From: Octopus sinensis
Lineage: Eukaryota
Direction of reading: 5' to 3'
Assembly (NCBI RefSeq): GCF_006345805.1
Contig: NC_043005.1
Span: forward strand, 49,290,001 to 49,354,000
DNA length: 64,000 nt
Positions within the stretch are counted from its first letter, which is position 1. Each line of letters begins with the position of its first letter. The notes below the pieces were generated by a model, which was given only the letters and a program-made list of their open reading frames with translations, was not told the DNA's origin and did no database searches. Both the position numbers and the translations under genes were made by a program. Positions 37,280 through 52,158 of the stretch are shown one piece after another.

Positions 37280-40200
37280 ATGACTACAAGGAGTGACCAC
37301 AGGCCGGCTACGGCTGCTATAATGGTACGATTATAATTGTAACGGCAATGATGGTCGTCTCCCCGCGAGCCACTCAGAGCTCAAAAATGATAACATTATC
37401 GTAGCACCAAAATGTTTTTGGAAACTAAAAGGAAAACTAAATCAGTATACCAAATCGCTTGTCCTATAGTTAATCTGGAAGCGCGTCCCCCAGGGAAGAG
37501 CCAGCCTGGGATCGAAAAGTCATCAACTGGCACAAACTCTTCTCCGAATACGGACATGGATGGTCACTTGAACGGGAAATTCCCCAACTCGAGCCCTCCA
37601 AGTTCACCACCACAACCACCACAGAAAGAAAAATGTAAGCGGAACAAATGGACCCGAGAAGAGTATAAAGAAGTAATATACGCTTATTACTATGCATTAG
37701 GTAGGCCATCTCAAGAGAGACACACCGCAAACTCTTACAGTATATGGAGAACATGGAATCAAGACAGTAGACCCTATTTGGACGAGAACAAATTGGCAAA
37801 TGTGAGGAGGGATATCCTTAGAAATAACAGACTCACAGACAGTGAAATAAGCGCGATCAAGCACGCAACGGAAAATGACATAAATATAAGACACAAAGGA
37901 AATGAAGAATCAGATGAACAGAATAGCCCGCCACGAGGTTTAATTGAAATACTGCCATCTGACCAAAGCACGCAAAGGCCTGAAGATACAAGAAATTCTA
38001 TTGAACCTGTTAAAGACAGTCAGGAAAATGATAAAACAACAGTAACTGAAGATCTCGCATTTGCTGAAGAACACAGAGAGTCTATGGCAGAAATGAGGCA
38101 GAAAATCCTGAATACGCTTGAAGTTGTAAGACATACAAGTGAATGATAGAGAACCACTTCATAAACTCTCAAATACAAACCAAATAAAAAACAAATCAAA
38201 ATTGGCAACTATGTAACAAATGAAATAATACAAGAATTAAACCTGATTTTACTGAGTTAAATGAAATTATTTACGCTTCTGCTAGGGCAATTGAAACCAG
38301 CTGTATGCCTCGAAAAAACAAAGAAAACCAAACCTGGGAAGAAATCAAACCTGGAGAAGTAAAATGAAAAAGAGATTGAATTTATGAGAGGGGAAATATC
38401 AATATTAAATGAACTAATATGTGGAAATGATGTAAGATCCGGAACAGGAAGAAAGATGAAGAGAAAATTTGGATCCTCACCAAGAGAAGAACTGATATCA
38501 ATAAAAGAAACGCTGAAACAAAAAGTCCAAGCAAAAGCTCAAAGAATACGAAGATTTGAGAAGAGAAACAAGTTTTACAAGCAAAATAAGCTGTTCACAT
38601 CCAATGCCAAACAATTCTACACAGAAATAGGGAAGGAGAAAGTAACCGATAAAGACCCCCCCCTCCCATGGAAGAAGTTCAAAACTTTTGTAAAAGGATT
38701 TGGAGTGACGAGAAGACGTACAACATAAATGCAGACTGGATTATACAAACAGAAGGATCCTACCAAAATTTGCAACAACAAGTATGGGAAGACATCACAG
38801 TAGCAGACCTAAGAAAGGCACTCACGAAGGCCCATAATTGGAAATCCCCCCGGTAAAGATAGGGTGCCGAATTTCTGGCTCTCATCGCTCCCATGCGCAC
38901 ACGGTAAGCTAGTTCAGCTGCTCAATGGAATTATGAGAGACGCAAAGAAAACACCTGAATGGTTAGCAAGTGGTATTACTTACCTACTCCCAAAGAATAA
39001 CGAAACCAAACTTCCAAAAAACTATCGGCCTATAACCTGTTTATCCACCACGTATAAAATCCTAACATCTATCCTGGCGGAGAAAACATATGCATTCATG
39101 GAGAAGAACGATATTTTTCCCATTGAACAAAAAGGATGCCGCCGAGGCTCATACGGATGCAAAGATCAACTGCTAATTAATCGTATGATCCTTGAGAACT
39201 GTCACTACAAGCGCAGAAATCTCAGCTCCGCATAGATTGACTATAAAAAGGCCTTCGACAGTATACCGCATTCATGGATCTTGAAATCGCTAGACATCTT
39301 CAAAATTTCCCCTGTGATTTCAAGCTTCCTGAAGCATAATATGTCGTTGTGGAATACGAATCTTCAATTATACCACTCTAATGGAGTACTTGCCTCAGAG
39401 AATATAAACATCAACTGTGGAATTTTTCAAGGTGACTCACTTTCACCTCTAATATTCTGCATAGCCCTAATACCTCTAACAAGTGAATTAAACAGAACAG
39501 GGTATGGGTATAAAATTGTCAATAAAAACTAAGCCATCTATTTTATATGGATGACTTAAAACTCTATGGTAAAGACGATAATGAACTTGAAGGCCTATTG
39601 CGCACTGTGAAAGCATTCAGTGATGACATCGGGATGGAGTTTGGGCTTGAGAAGTGTGCCAAGGCCACTTTCCAGAAAGGGAAAGTGATGACCATAAATT
39701 CAGTCGTGTTAGATGTTGACACAGTTATAAGAGAGTTTGAGGGATAAATGAAGGCTCTGGTATTCAGCATGCAAGCATGAAAGAGAAGATGAGGAAGGAA
39801 TGTTATAGGAGAGTTCGAGCAGTCCTGAAATCTGAACTAAATGCACGTAACAAGGTGTTAGCTATAAATTCCTTAGCAGTTCCAGTTGTTACTTATAGCT
39901 ACAATGTGTTGAACTGGAATATGAGTGAAGTAAAGAAAATAGATAGGAAAATACGCAAGCTGCTGAGTTGTAATAGGATGCACCACCCAAAGGCAGACGT
40001 AGATCGTCTTTACCTCCCCAGAGTCCAAGGAGGTCGAGGCCAGATCCAATTTGAACTAGCTTACAAAACAACACAGTTGGACTGGCCAAATATCTTGTAA
40101 TAACGAATGACTGGATGCTAAAACTCGTGGAAAATCACGAGAGACGAAAGAAGCTTCATTCTATCATAAAGGAAAGCAGAACATTTGCTATTGATCTCGT

Positions 40201-40760
40201 GCAGGATACCCAAACTGAACAACCCGAGGGAAGTACGGCAACTATTGTTGCAAAGAAGGTGAAAATAATGGCAACGAAAAAAGCGCACGAGCAATTGGCT
40301 GATAGGTGGGAGGAGAAACCTCTGTGGCCCGTAGCAAACAAGCTGATGTTGACCAGAAGCAAACCCATCAGTGGCTACGGAGCTCAGGGCTAAAAGCAGA
40401 GAGCGAAGGTTTCATCCTGGCTGCTCAAGATCAAAGCCTATTAACCCGGAACTACCAGGCCAATGTGATGAAAAATGGAGCAGACCCAAAATGCCGATTC
40501 TGCAACGACATGATTGAAACAGTGGACCACCTAATCTTTGGAGTATAAATTAAGACATGGCAGAGTTGGCCAATATCTACACTGGCTAATAAGTCGGCAT
40601 TACAATATCAAAACTGCCGAAAGCTGTAACTGAAGGAGAAAATGTAACGATTCTGTGGGACTTTCCAGTACATACAGACCGAACCATCAAAGCCAATAAA
40701 CCGGATATAGTTGTGAAAGACCAAAACAATAAAGTTTGCTTATTGATCGACATGAGCATC
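37280..40760 (+). mobile_element. Near full-length, inactivated R4/Dong-like RLE non-LTR retrotransposon
   Basis: N-terminal KWTREEYKEVIYAYYYAL. RT motifs NYRPITCLSTTYKIL, EQKGCRRGSYGCKDQLL, IDYKKAFDSIPH, GIFQGDSLSPL, YMDDLKLY. Zinc knuckle CRFC...DHL; RLE KPDIVVKD...LIDMSIP. Many frameshifts and stops; 3' end replaced at 40759. Confidence 0.92.
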
Positions 40761-40936
40761 CCTGGTTTGGATTTGAAAACACTGAAAGTGGGAGCATACT
40801 CCTTCGGCCTCCTATCGCTTTTGAAGATCCGCTCGTAACTAACGAGCGGATCTTAGTTACGAGCGGATCTCAAAAGCGATAGGAGGGCGAAGGAGTATGC
40901 TCCCACTTTCAGTGTTTTCAAAATCCAAACCAGGGA
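40759..40936. repeat. 178-bp near-perfect palindrome (arms ~84 bp, 10-nt centre)
   Basis: 40759-40842 vs 40853-40936 differ by about 3 positions. The centre cgagcggatc repeats part of the right arm. Confidence 0.93.
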
Positions 40937-41169
40937 GTTCTGAGCTGATGATAGAAATGTCGAGTTTTGACTAATCTTGAAACGTACGTTCTCAATAAAC
41001 TTTGCATCTGATTTTAATGTCTCTACCCCCATACTTCCGTGAGTTGAATTGAGCAAACACTATATGAGAGAGGTTTTCTTTAAGTATTAGAAATAGTTTT
41101 ATAAATGTTTTTTTTAGCTGCTATTTCTAATGAGTTCAGTATGCGGCAAAGTAATTTATTTTACTAAGC

Positions 41170-42950
<1,781 letters not shown>

Positions 42951-43299
42951 TATTTACATGACATGGGAAAATTTGCCTCGCATCTATGGAATGTATGCAA
43001 AATTGTTTGTAAATAATGTGTGCCGTGGTTAAATTTGATATTTTTCTCATTGGGAGATATTTGTTTACGAAGAAATTTAGGGCGTGTTATATTAGGAAAG
43101 TTAAGATTAATGGTGGAATGGTTTTTATCGGTGGCATTGCTATTGTTTAAGCGTGCGTGTGTGTATGTCTGCTTGCGTATTTGAAATTTTTTTGGATCAG
43201 GATTAAATGGTTTCTAGACTTGCTTGTCAATTTTAAATTTTATGCAACCGGCTATATCTTTATTTGTGATTGCATAGTTTTCTTAATATATATTTTAAA

Positions 43300-43385
<86 letters not shown>

Positions 43386-44338
43386 ATGTACGCGTGTTTA
43401 TATGTGTGCCTCATGTCAAGGATTGTTTATATTTATGCCGTGATAATTTGTATGTGGGATGTATTGAATGGCTTTATCTGGGGTAGCTGCTTGCGATTCG
43501 ATTTACATGGAGGTCAGTATATTTTCTCACTGCATGCTTAGAGCATTTCGCTTTATCCTGGTTAGACTATTTCGTTTGATGCTGAAAATATTTTGATGTC
43601 TGTAAGGTGGCATGATCCCATCTCATATTTAGTTAGTGTGAGTTTTGTGTAGTTATGCTGTATTTTTTCTGAGATCACAAGGAAAGATTCTGGAACCCTT
43701 TAAGCACGATGAAGCACAATCAAATGTTTACCATTTTATGGTTGCAGTTATATTGCTTTCTTTCAACTCCCAGATATATTTGGAGAGTGACACCGCCTTT
43801 TTTCTGTTTACATTCTGGAATGTATGCGAGTATTATGTGTACTTGTCTTTGAAGTGTCAGAAACTTTTAGCGAATTTGTATTCTACACACGGGGATTCAT
43901 ACGATTATGCAAAAACCAAAGAAAAAAAAAGAGAAAAAATTTGGTGCGTGACATAAGGCCTATTTAACTGTTATTTTCAGTTCATCTCACAACCATTTCA
44001 TACCTCGTGTGTTTTAAGCATTTAATAAGCGACAAAAAGAACATGTGGTGGACAGCTTGGCTTGTTACTGTGGAAACAGGCACCTATATATCTGTGGCTT
44101 TCGAATGGCTAAAATTACCCAAAATTTGCAAACTTTAAAATCTATTAACTTTTTATTTATTGATTCATATCGAAAATGAATTTCCTGTCAATAATTACAA
44201 GACAAAACTACATCAATGCACCAAATATGAAATCAATTGGAACAAAATTGAAGAAATTGAAAAGCAGCAGCAAAACAGAAAAGGTCCCAGCTAACTATTA
44301 TATTATTACTTTTGAAGAGTTTGTGGCATTTAAGTTAC

Positions 44339-45200
44339 GAGGAGAAGAATTTGCTGATTAGTGCTAGGAAGGTGTGAGCTACATTTGTTGTTGTGTGATG
44401 CTGAAGAGTGAGATGAACCAGATGAAGTTTCGTTTTCTGCCATTGTTTTTTTTGGTAAATTATTGTCCGTTGGGTTTGGGGCATGTATTGTAGTTTGTCT
44501 TTGAATCATTATTAAAATACGAAAGAATATGCGTTCATGAATTTGTTTTGCAAGATTCCTGACATGAAATCGTGTGTTGAAACAGATATTGTTATATTTC
44601 GGGACTTTCATTTTTCTCTTGCCAAATGAATACACGCACCATATATTCGTTCTTCGCTTGTTTCTTATTGTTCTTATTTTATGTTCATTGTATGGAAATC
44701 TTTCATCACGCACCTGTGGCCTCTTCGTCGACGTTTCATCCCAGGTGTTTACTCCTGTTCTGTTTAGTCCCTTCAATGCCCTAAAAATGGCACAGCTTAG
44801 CGATAACATTGTTCAGTTATCTGGGCATGCCATTATCAATTGCTTAAAGGGATCCGTGCGGCTGGCAATATGTAGAAGAGGAGGAGACGGTATGATATTC
44901 GTCGCGGCGGCGATGCAGCGAAACCCGGAGTTGAAGCCACGGTTCTGTCCGGGAAGAAGGGACATACTCGTAGACAAATGTTCTGGAATTCTTGAGGCGT
45001 GACTGTCAACAGGTATAAGAGGTAATGAATGCATTAGGGAGGTGGTTGTGGTGTGGGACGATGAGTGTGTGCGTGTGTGTTTGTGAGAGCGAAAGGGAGA
45101 GAGAGGAAGAGTGAGAGTGAGAGAGAGTGAGAGTGGGAGAAGAATGGACAGGACGTACATTAAACAGGTCCACCGAACTTGAATGACTTCGGTTACTAGC
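44339..45200 (-). other. Possible first exon (long 5' UTR and short coding start) of a host gene
   Basis: Non-repetitive, CpG-containing sequence downstream of a CT-rich tract. ATG at 44443 in context aaaaaacaATGG gives MAENETSSGSSHSSASHNNKCSSHLPSTNQQILLL, followed by a weak GTAACT donor. No downstream exons recognised. Confidence 0.25.
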
Positions 45201-45489
45201 TGGGTTATAGTAATGCTAAAGGAATATTAGAATCACTCTACATAAGCGAATGCGTGGCTATGTGGTAAGAAGTTTGCTTCCCAACCGCATGGCTTTGAGT
45301 TCGATCTACGTGGCACTTTGGGTAAGTGTTTTCTACTACAGTCTCAGGCAGATCAAGTCTTGTAAGTGGATTTGGTGGACGGAATCTGAAAGAAGCTCGT
45401 GTATGTGTATTCGTGTGTGCGTATATGTGTGTGTGTATTTGTGTGTGTGTGTGTGTGTGTATAAATATATATGTGTGCATGTGTATATA

Positions 45490-45673
45490 TGTGGTGGTAC
45501 CGAGAAGTTCCTGGCTTCAAGGGTAACCTTTCGAGTTCTTTTTAGAAAAACTGGAGGACTACTGCAATAAGTGTGTGAATCTGAGAGGGGAATATGCTGA
45601 ATAAAATCGTAATTAACTGATACTCCTGTATTTTCTTTTATCCAAAGCCCAAAATTTCCCAGCACCAATTTGT
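45490..45673 (+). mobile_element. Short deleted mariner derivative nested in a SINE
   Basis: Ends aagttcctggctt / aaagcccaaaatttcccagcacc. Internal EDYCNKCVNLRGEYAE* mariner C-terminus. Confidence 0.6.
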
Positions 45674-46355
45674 ATATGTCTGTGTATGTGCTCCTGTATT
45701 TGTGTTTCTCTCCACCCTCACCACTTGGCAACCGGTGTTGGCTTGTTTACCGCCCGCAACGTAGCGGTTCACAAAAGGAACCGATAAATAAGTACCAGAC
45801 TTTTAAAAAATAAGTCTTGGAGGTCGATTTGTTGGACTAAACTCTTGAAGGTAATGCATCCCCACCGCCACCAGAATGTGGTATGAAGCTTGTTTCCTAA
45901 CCACATGGTTCCGAATTCAGTCCCACCGTATGGGTCCTTGGGTAAATGTCTTCTACTATAGCTTCGGGTCGACTAAGGTTTTGTGAGTGGAGGGATTCTA
46001 TCTTCTCTGTAATTCTGAACTATTTTCTATTCTTTTTTTCTAAAATCCTCTTGTAGGCACGGTTATAGAGTGTGCATACCGATGTAAACATTGGAAGAAA
46101 CACACCTTTAGTTCATATAAGTGATATCTATCATTAATTTTCTTCTTACATTTCACATTCACTAGGTATATCTTTTTCTAAATCTATATGGTTTTATTTA
46201 ATATACATATAGTTATATACTTCTCATTTATTTAGTTTTTCTTTCCTTTATCTCTCCTCTTTCTATAGGCTACCTTTGACGTTATATCCTGTAACGTTTT
46301 TTTGAAACAATATTAATAGCGTTCAGTTAATCACTATACATATCCATCCATTGTG

Positions 46356-46676
46356 AGGGCGCGTGGCTTAGTGGTTAGGGCATTCGGCTCATGATCGTAA
46401 GGTTGTGAGTTCGATTCCCGGCGACGCGTTGTGTCCTTGAGCAAGACACTTTATTTCACGTTGCTCCAGTCCACTCAGCTGGCAAAAATGAGTTGTACTT
46501 GTATTTCAAAGGGTCAGCCTTGTCACTCTCTGTGTCACGCTGATTATCCCCGAGAACTACGTTAAGGGTACACGTGTCTGTGGAATGCTCAGCCATTTGC
46601 ACGTTAATTTCACGAGCAAGCTGTTCCGTTGATCGTATCAGCTGGGACCCTCGTCGTCGTAACCGGCGGAGTCTTT
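46356..46676 (+). mobile_element. Full-length tRNA-derived SINE (second family)
   Basis: A box tggcttagtgg and B box gagttcgattc, followed by a non-tRNA body. Confidence 0.85.
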
Positions 46677-47012
46677 TAATACATATCCATCATTTTCTGT
46701 TAAAATGTCTTATTGATGAGTTTCATTTCTTCATTTCCCTGAAGAGAAGATTACATTGTTTTACACCATTTTATTCCTTTGGAATAATACCAGTGATGTG
46801 TTCAAAACATGTAAAAGAATTTGAATAACACCTGCGTTTAACTCCATTTATTTATTTATATATATTATACAAAATATTTCACGTAAAGCCGAAGTTTCTA
46901 CCTTTAAAAACAAAGGGTTACAACCTTTTTACTTGTGTGATTTTTTGCTACCCTGGTAACTGTTTATATATATATATTTCCGTGTTAATTCTTAACAAGA
47001 GAAAATACACAC

Positions 47013-47179
<167 letters not shown>

Positions 47180-47539
47180 GTGTGTGTGTCTTTGTGTCTG
47201 TGTTTGTCACCTACCATCGCCTGACAGCCGCAACTTAGTAATTCGGTAAAAGGGACTGATCGAATAAGTACCAAGCTTAAAAAAAATAAGCACTAGGGTC
47301 GATTTGCTCAACTAAAAACCGCAGTCTAATGTCTGAAAGAAGTAAAAAAATAAACGATGAAAGATATATCACGTCATTAAGAATGAAATATCCGATTTTC
47401 TTATGCACCAAGTTTGGCAGTCGTTAACTCTAATGTTTTACTCTGACAATTCTTTGTTTTACAACATTGATGAGTTACATCATTACTTTTCGAAATGCAA
47501 TCATGGTGTCTGATTATATTGTGAGTTTTCTCTTGTAAA

Positions 47540-48140
47540 TCAATTTTTGTGAACCCATGGGTAGATAAAAAAAAATCGTGTTGTTTATGAATATGAGTTC
47601 CGTCGTGGAACCAATGCATCCCAGACAGCTCAAAATATCAATGAAGTGTTTGGTGAAGATGTGGCGAATGAGTGCATTGTACGTCGATGGTTAGAGAAAT
47701 TCCGGTCTGGTGACTTTGCTCTTGAAAATCAGTCCCGTGGTAGACCTGAGACCAAGGTGGATAATGATGAGATGGAAACTAATGGAAGCGGATACATCTC
47801 AAACTACGCGAGAATTAGCAGCAAGGTTTGATGTTTCGGTTCTAACTGTATTGGACCATCTGAAACAAATCGGCAAAGTAAAGAAGCTTGAATACACGAA
47901 CAGAACGAATATCAAATGTTACGTTGTTTTCAAACTTGCTGTTCTTTGCTGTAACGGCATAAAAGCGAACCATTTTTGCATCGTATTGTTACATGTAATG
48001 TAAAATGGATTCTTTTCAACAATAGCAAGTGTTCTGCTGGGTGATTGGATAGAGAAGTGCCAAGACACAATCCCCAAAATAATATTCACCAAAAGAAAGC
48101 TAATGGTGTCTGTTTGGTAGTTCAGCGCTAGTGTCATCAA
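47540..48140 (+). mobile_element. mariner transposase N-terminal remnant
   Basis: YEFRRGTNASQTAQNINEVFG...VRRWLEKFRSGDFALENQSRGRP, QTTRELAARFDVS, FLHRIVTC...WILF. Confidence 0.85.
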
Positions 48141-48300
48141 CTGGCAAAAAATTGTCAGCAGAAGTGTGCTCAGGAGTCATGACCTGGATGCAGCCTGACC
48201 ACCTGAGTTAAGGGCTGAAACACTTGCCTAAGGGAGTGTTTCGTCTCTAAGGACCTTATGCTGCTCAGCTCTCTTGAGAGGAGTTTCTTACAACTATATA

Positions 48301-48369
<69 letters not shown>

Positions 48370-48540
48370 TCTTTTTTTTCTCTCCTGGTTTCTTTCTGTG
48401 TTCCTTTCTGTGGAAGAGTGTAGGCTCGAAACGGAAACGTTAAAGACTTTTTCACTTCCCGAGGATTATACTAATACATCTGTTTGTTGTCTACACCACC
48501 TATCTTCGTCTTTTGTTTTTGTTTTTTGAATTCTCCCTAT
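48370..48540 (+). mobile_element. Solo PLE terminal repeat with degenerate hammerhead-like motif
   Basis: cttt-CTGTGGA-A-GAG(tgtagg)CTC-GAAAC...GTT-aaag at 48404-48445, with a 6-bp gaaacg duplication. Same family as the 28405-31380 repeats. Confidence 0.6.
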
Positions 48541-48955
48541 ATATATATATATATATATATTGTTTATAATTTTATAATTTATAACTATGTAAGCAACCAT
48601 GTTTTATTCTGTTTAAACAAAAAGCTAGTCAAGTGAACTTCCTTAAGATAAAGCCTGTATGTCAATGACTTGTAATAAAATACAAAAAGTGCACTTAAGA
48701 GCAATAATCATAGTTATGAGATCTCAACCGTTGTCATTCAGTTTTGAACTAATCATAAAGGCTACCAATCCCCCCTTCTCTAAAGTAAGAAAAAAACAAT
48801 AACTGATATTTTCATTATAAGGATAAAATCAGGAATTCGATTAACTTTTTTCAAAACTAGCTTTGAACGTTATTTATAGCTTATACAGCTGACAGCATAA
48901 GTACTTAAACTCCTGTGTGAACGTCTTCATCCCTGTATCAATCAATTTAACCGTC

Positions 48956-49033
<78 letters not shown>

Positions 49034-49635
49034 GGCGAGCTGGCAGAATTATTATCACGCCGAGAAAAATGCTTGACGGTATTTCGTCTGCCGTTAAGTT
49101 CTGAGTTCAAATTCTGCCAAGGTCGACTTTGCCTTTCATCCTTTCGGGGTCGATAAAGTAAGCACCAGTTACGCACTGGGGTCGATGTAATCGACTTAAT
49201 ACCTATGTCTGTCCTTGTTTGTTCTCTCTATGTTTAGCCCCTTGTGGGTAATAAAGAAATAGGTATTTCGTCAGCCGTTACGTTCTGAGTTCAAATTTCG
49301 CCAAGGTCGACTTTGCCTTTCATCTTTTCGGGGTCGATAAAGTAAGCACCAGTTACGCACTGGGGTCGATGTAATCGACTTAATACCTATGTCTGTCCTT
49401 GTTTGTTCTCTCTATGTTTAGCCCCTTGTGGGTAATAAAGAAATAGGTATTTCGTCAGCCGTTACGTTCTGAGTTCAAATTCCGCCAAGGTCGACTTTGC
49501 CTTTCATCCTTTCGGGGTCGATAAAGTAAACACCAGTTACGCACTGGGGTCGATGTAATCGACTTAATCCGTTCGTCTGTCCTTGTTTGTCCCCTCTGTG
49601 TTTAGCCCCTTGTGGGTAGTAAAGAAATAGGTATT
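49034..49635 (+). mobile_element. SINE with its 184-bp body tandemly triplicated
   Basis: ggtatttc recurs at 49078, 49262, 49446 and 49630 (period 184). Confidence 0.88.
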
Positions 49636-50309
49636 TCTTCCGACATCACGTTCAAAGTTCAAATGCCACCGAAGTCAAGTTTGATTTCAACCTTTCGGGA
49701 TCCATAAAATAAGTATCGGTTGAAAACTGGAGTCGATGTAATCGACTTCCGCTTCCGTGCCAACATTTGAAACCACGCATATATATATATATTGTGGCAC
49801 TCCATCGGTTACGACGACAAGGGTTCCAGTTGAGCCGATCAACGGAACAGCCTGCTCGTGAAATTAACGCGCAAGTGACTGAGCACTCCACAGACACTTG
49901 TACCCTTAACGTAGTTCTCGGGGAGATTCAGCGTGACACACAGTGTAACAATGCTGGCCCTTTGAAATACAGGAAATACAAGAGATGACACAGGAAAAAC
50001 AATGGTTATGTAATGAACTTCATTAGCTTACGGCTGTTTCTGCTGTAATATGCAGTGGTTTCTTAGTTGAATACCTGAATAACATCCTATAGCTTTATCG
50101 GATGCTCGAATATGAAGCGCGATTTATTTAGGAAAAAAGAATTATATTATTGCAATATAACAGGGAAGGCATTACTAGTGAGAAATTGCGAGGTTACTAG
50201 TCTCACAATGCCAACACGAAATATGCATGCATGCGTGTGTGTGTGTGTGTGTGTGTGTGTACATACATACATACATACATACATACATACATACATACAT
50301 ACAAACATA

Positions 50310-50571
50310 CCGTATTTGACGGCATATTAGACGCACTGGCATATTAGACGCACTGGCATATTAGACGCACCTTCATTTCAGCAGGTCAAATTCAGGAAAA
50401 AAAGTTTTAAGTGTATTTAAGCATATATTGTTGAAAGCAGTCTAGCAGCACATTACAAAAGCAGAAAACATTGCTGTATAAAAGCAAGCATACAAAAGGA
50501 AAGCATACAAATTACAATAGTAATCATCTTTAATCATCTTTTTAACCATTCGTATTTTAAAGTAATAATAC

Positions 50572-50605
<34 letters not shown>

Positions 50606-50808
50606 AGCAATAAAATAATGATGCATGAGTACGGAAAATATCATTAAGGCGTTAGCGTAGGTAGAAATACTTATCGTAAGCTAGGTTAGTGAGCGTCTGG
50701 GAGAAGATTAGCCTACGGGAGGGTCTTGACTTCGCATATTAGACGCAGGGCGATTTTTTGAGCCAAATTTTTTGGAAAAAAGTGCGTCCTATATGCCGTC
50801 AAATACGG
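50310..50808. mobile_element. Tc2/pogo-like MITE, 499 bp
   Basis: TIRs ccgtatttgacggcatattagacgcac / gtgcgtcctatatgccgtcaaatacgg flanked by TA on both sides. 17-bp subterminal repeat x3. Confidence 0.88.
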
Positions 50809-50876
50809 TACATACATACATACATACATACACATACATACATACATACATACATACATACATACATACATACACA

Positions 50877-51260
50877 GGATACGGAAGTTGCGAATGAACT
50901 TATGTTTCAACTGGTAGAAGACGAGTGAAAAGGGAATAGAGTCTTTAGACATGCATAAAGACGGCAGGGAAAGGTGGTGCGGTCGATGTCCTGAACCTGG
51001 CGGGAAAGCGGGTTCACAACTGATTGAGAATACCTTCGATTCAGGAAGAATTGTCGCATTGCTTGGCATTAAGATTCGAAATCTGAATCAATTGAAAGAC
51101 GTGACAGATTTAGCATGTTTAGGGTGAGAAGAGTTGTGGGGAAATAGTGGCAGTCAGTAGGTTTGTAGTGGACTGAAGTAGACAGGTGGATATTGTATAT
51201 GGTGATGGTGATATCGAGAAAACTGACAGAAGTGTCGGATACGGTAGAAAAAGATAGTTG
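50877..51260 (-). mobile_element. Penelope-like RT C-terminal fragment
   Basis: VSDTSVSFLDITITI...LSTSVHYKPTDCH...DSDFES*CQAMRQFFLNRRY. Confidence 0.75.
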
Positions 51261-51889
51261 TTGCTGTTGTTGTTGTTGTTGTTGTTATTATTGTAGTTGC
51301 ACAAATGACGTTTTACAAATATTCAATGTCAAATGTTGCTTCTTTATATATCCTGTAACGCTTCATTTACTTTTTAAAGAAAAGAAATAGCAAATTTTTT
51401 GGAATAAAGTCCACGCCCCTACATGAACTTTCATGATTAAATTTATCAAAAGTATTTTCGTGATATCGTGATTTAACTGTCTGTTAACTGACAAATAAAT
51501 TTTCTCTCATGGGAAAAGAAGTGTTTCGTATACTAGACACTATTGCGTTGTGAAAGATAGGGAAAACTCGATGTAAACGATTTGATATATGAGACAGTTT
51601 GGCTTTGCTCTTGAACCAATTTATGATATCGTATATCTGCTGTCTTCGTGACGTGTCAGAGGGGATTGTATTGCGTTTAGACTTCAGAATGCCCCTCTCT
51701 CTTTACAACTATTGGATATCATTTATGTAGACGTGCCTAGATTATTCGGGAGTGGCCAATGCATTATTAAAAGGTCTTTTTCTAATTAGATTGACTCTGG
51801 CAAGTAAGAAAAACAGCATAGACGTAAAATTATGTAATTATAAACAAAAGTTGCAGTTCATTATTTCAGTCTCTGCTCCAGTCTTGGTG

Positions 51890-52158
51890 TAGTGGTTCCC
51901 AACATCTTTTTGCACCACGGACTGGATGATCATGTACTTGACAAAACACAGCAAAGCGCATAATATATAATTCAATTATTACATAGATAATGTATATATA
52001 TATTACATATATGATAAGTATATAATGCAAAAGCATATCTGCAGCCTGTAACAGTCAATAAAATAGAAATAGAATTATAAAATTTATTCTTTCTGTACGG
52101 CTCGGTACCAAATGATTCGTGACCCAGTACTAATCTGTAGTTGGTGATTGGGGACCCC
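51890..52158. mobile_element. hAT-Charlie-like MITE remnant
   Basis: Ends tagtggttcccaac / ttggggacccc. Confidence 0.5.

Noticed and set aside
37290-37400. ggccggc near the R4-like 5' end as an HDV-like ribozyme start
   Set aside because: I could not find matching P1/P2/P3 pairings by eye. A covariance-model search would be needed.
44574-45002. 142-aa plus-strand ORF and the overlapping 159-aa and 115-aa minus-strand ORFs as complete genes
   Set aside because: No recognisable domain and no splice support. Only the ATG at 44443 has a favourable context.
46356-46430. tRNA-like sequence with A and B boxes
   Set aside because: No acceptor stem closure; it continues into a SINE body found elsewhere in the window, so it is a SINE head.
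49078-49630. Regular 184-bp repeats as a CRISPR array or retrozyme
   Set aside because: Eukaryotic SINE sequence with no unique spacers. The minus-strand CTGACGA has no stem II/GAAA partner, so there is no hammerhead.
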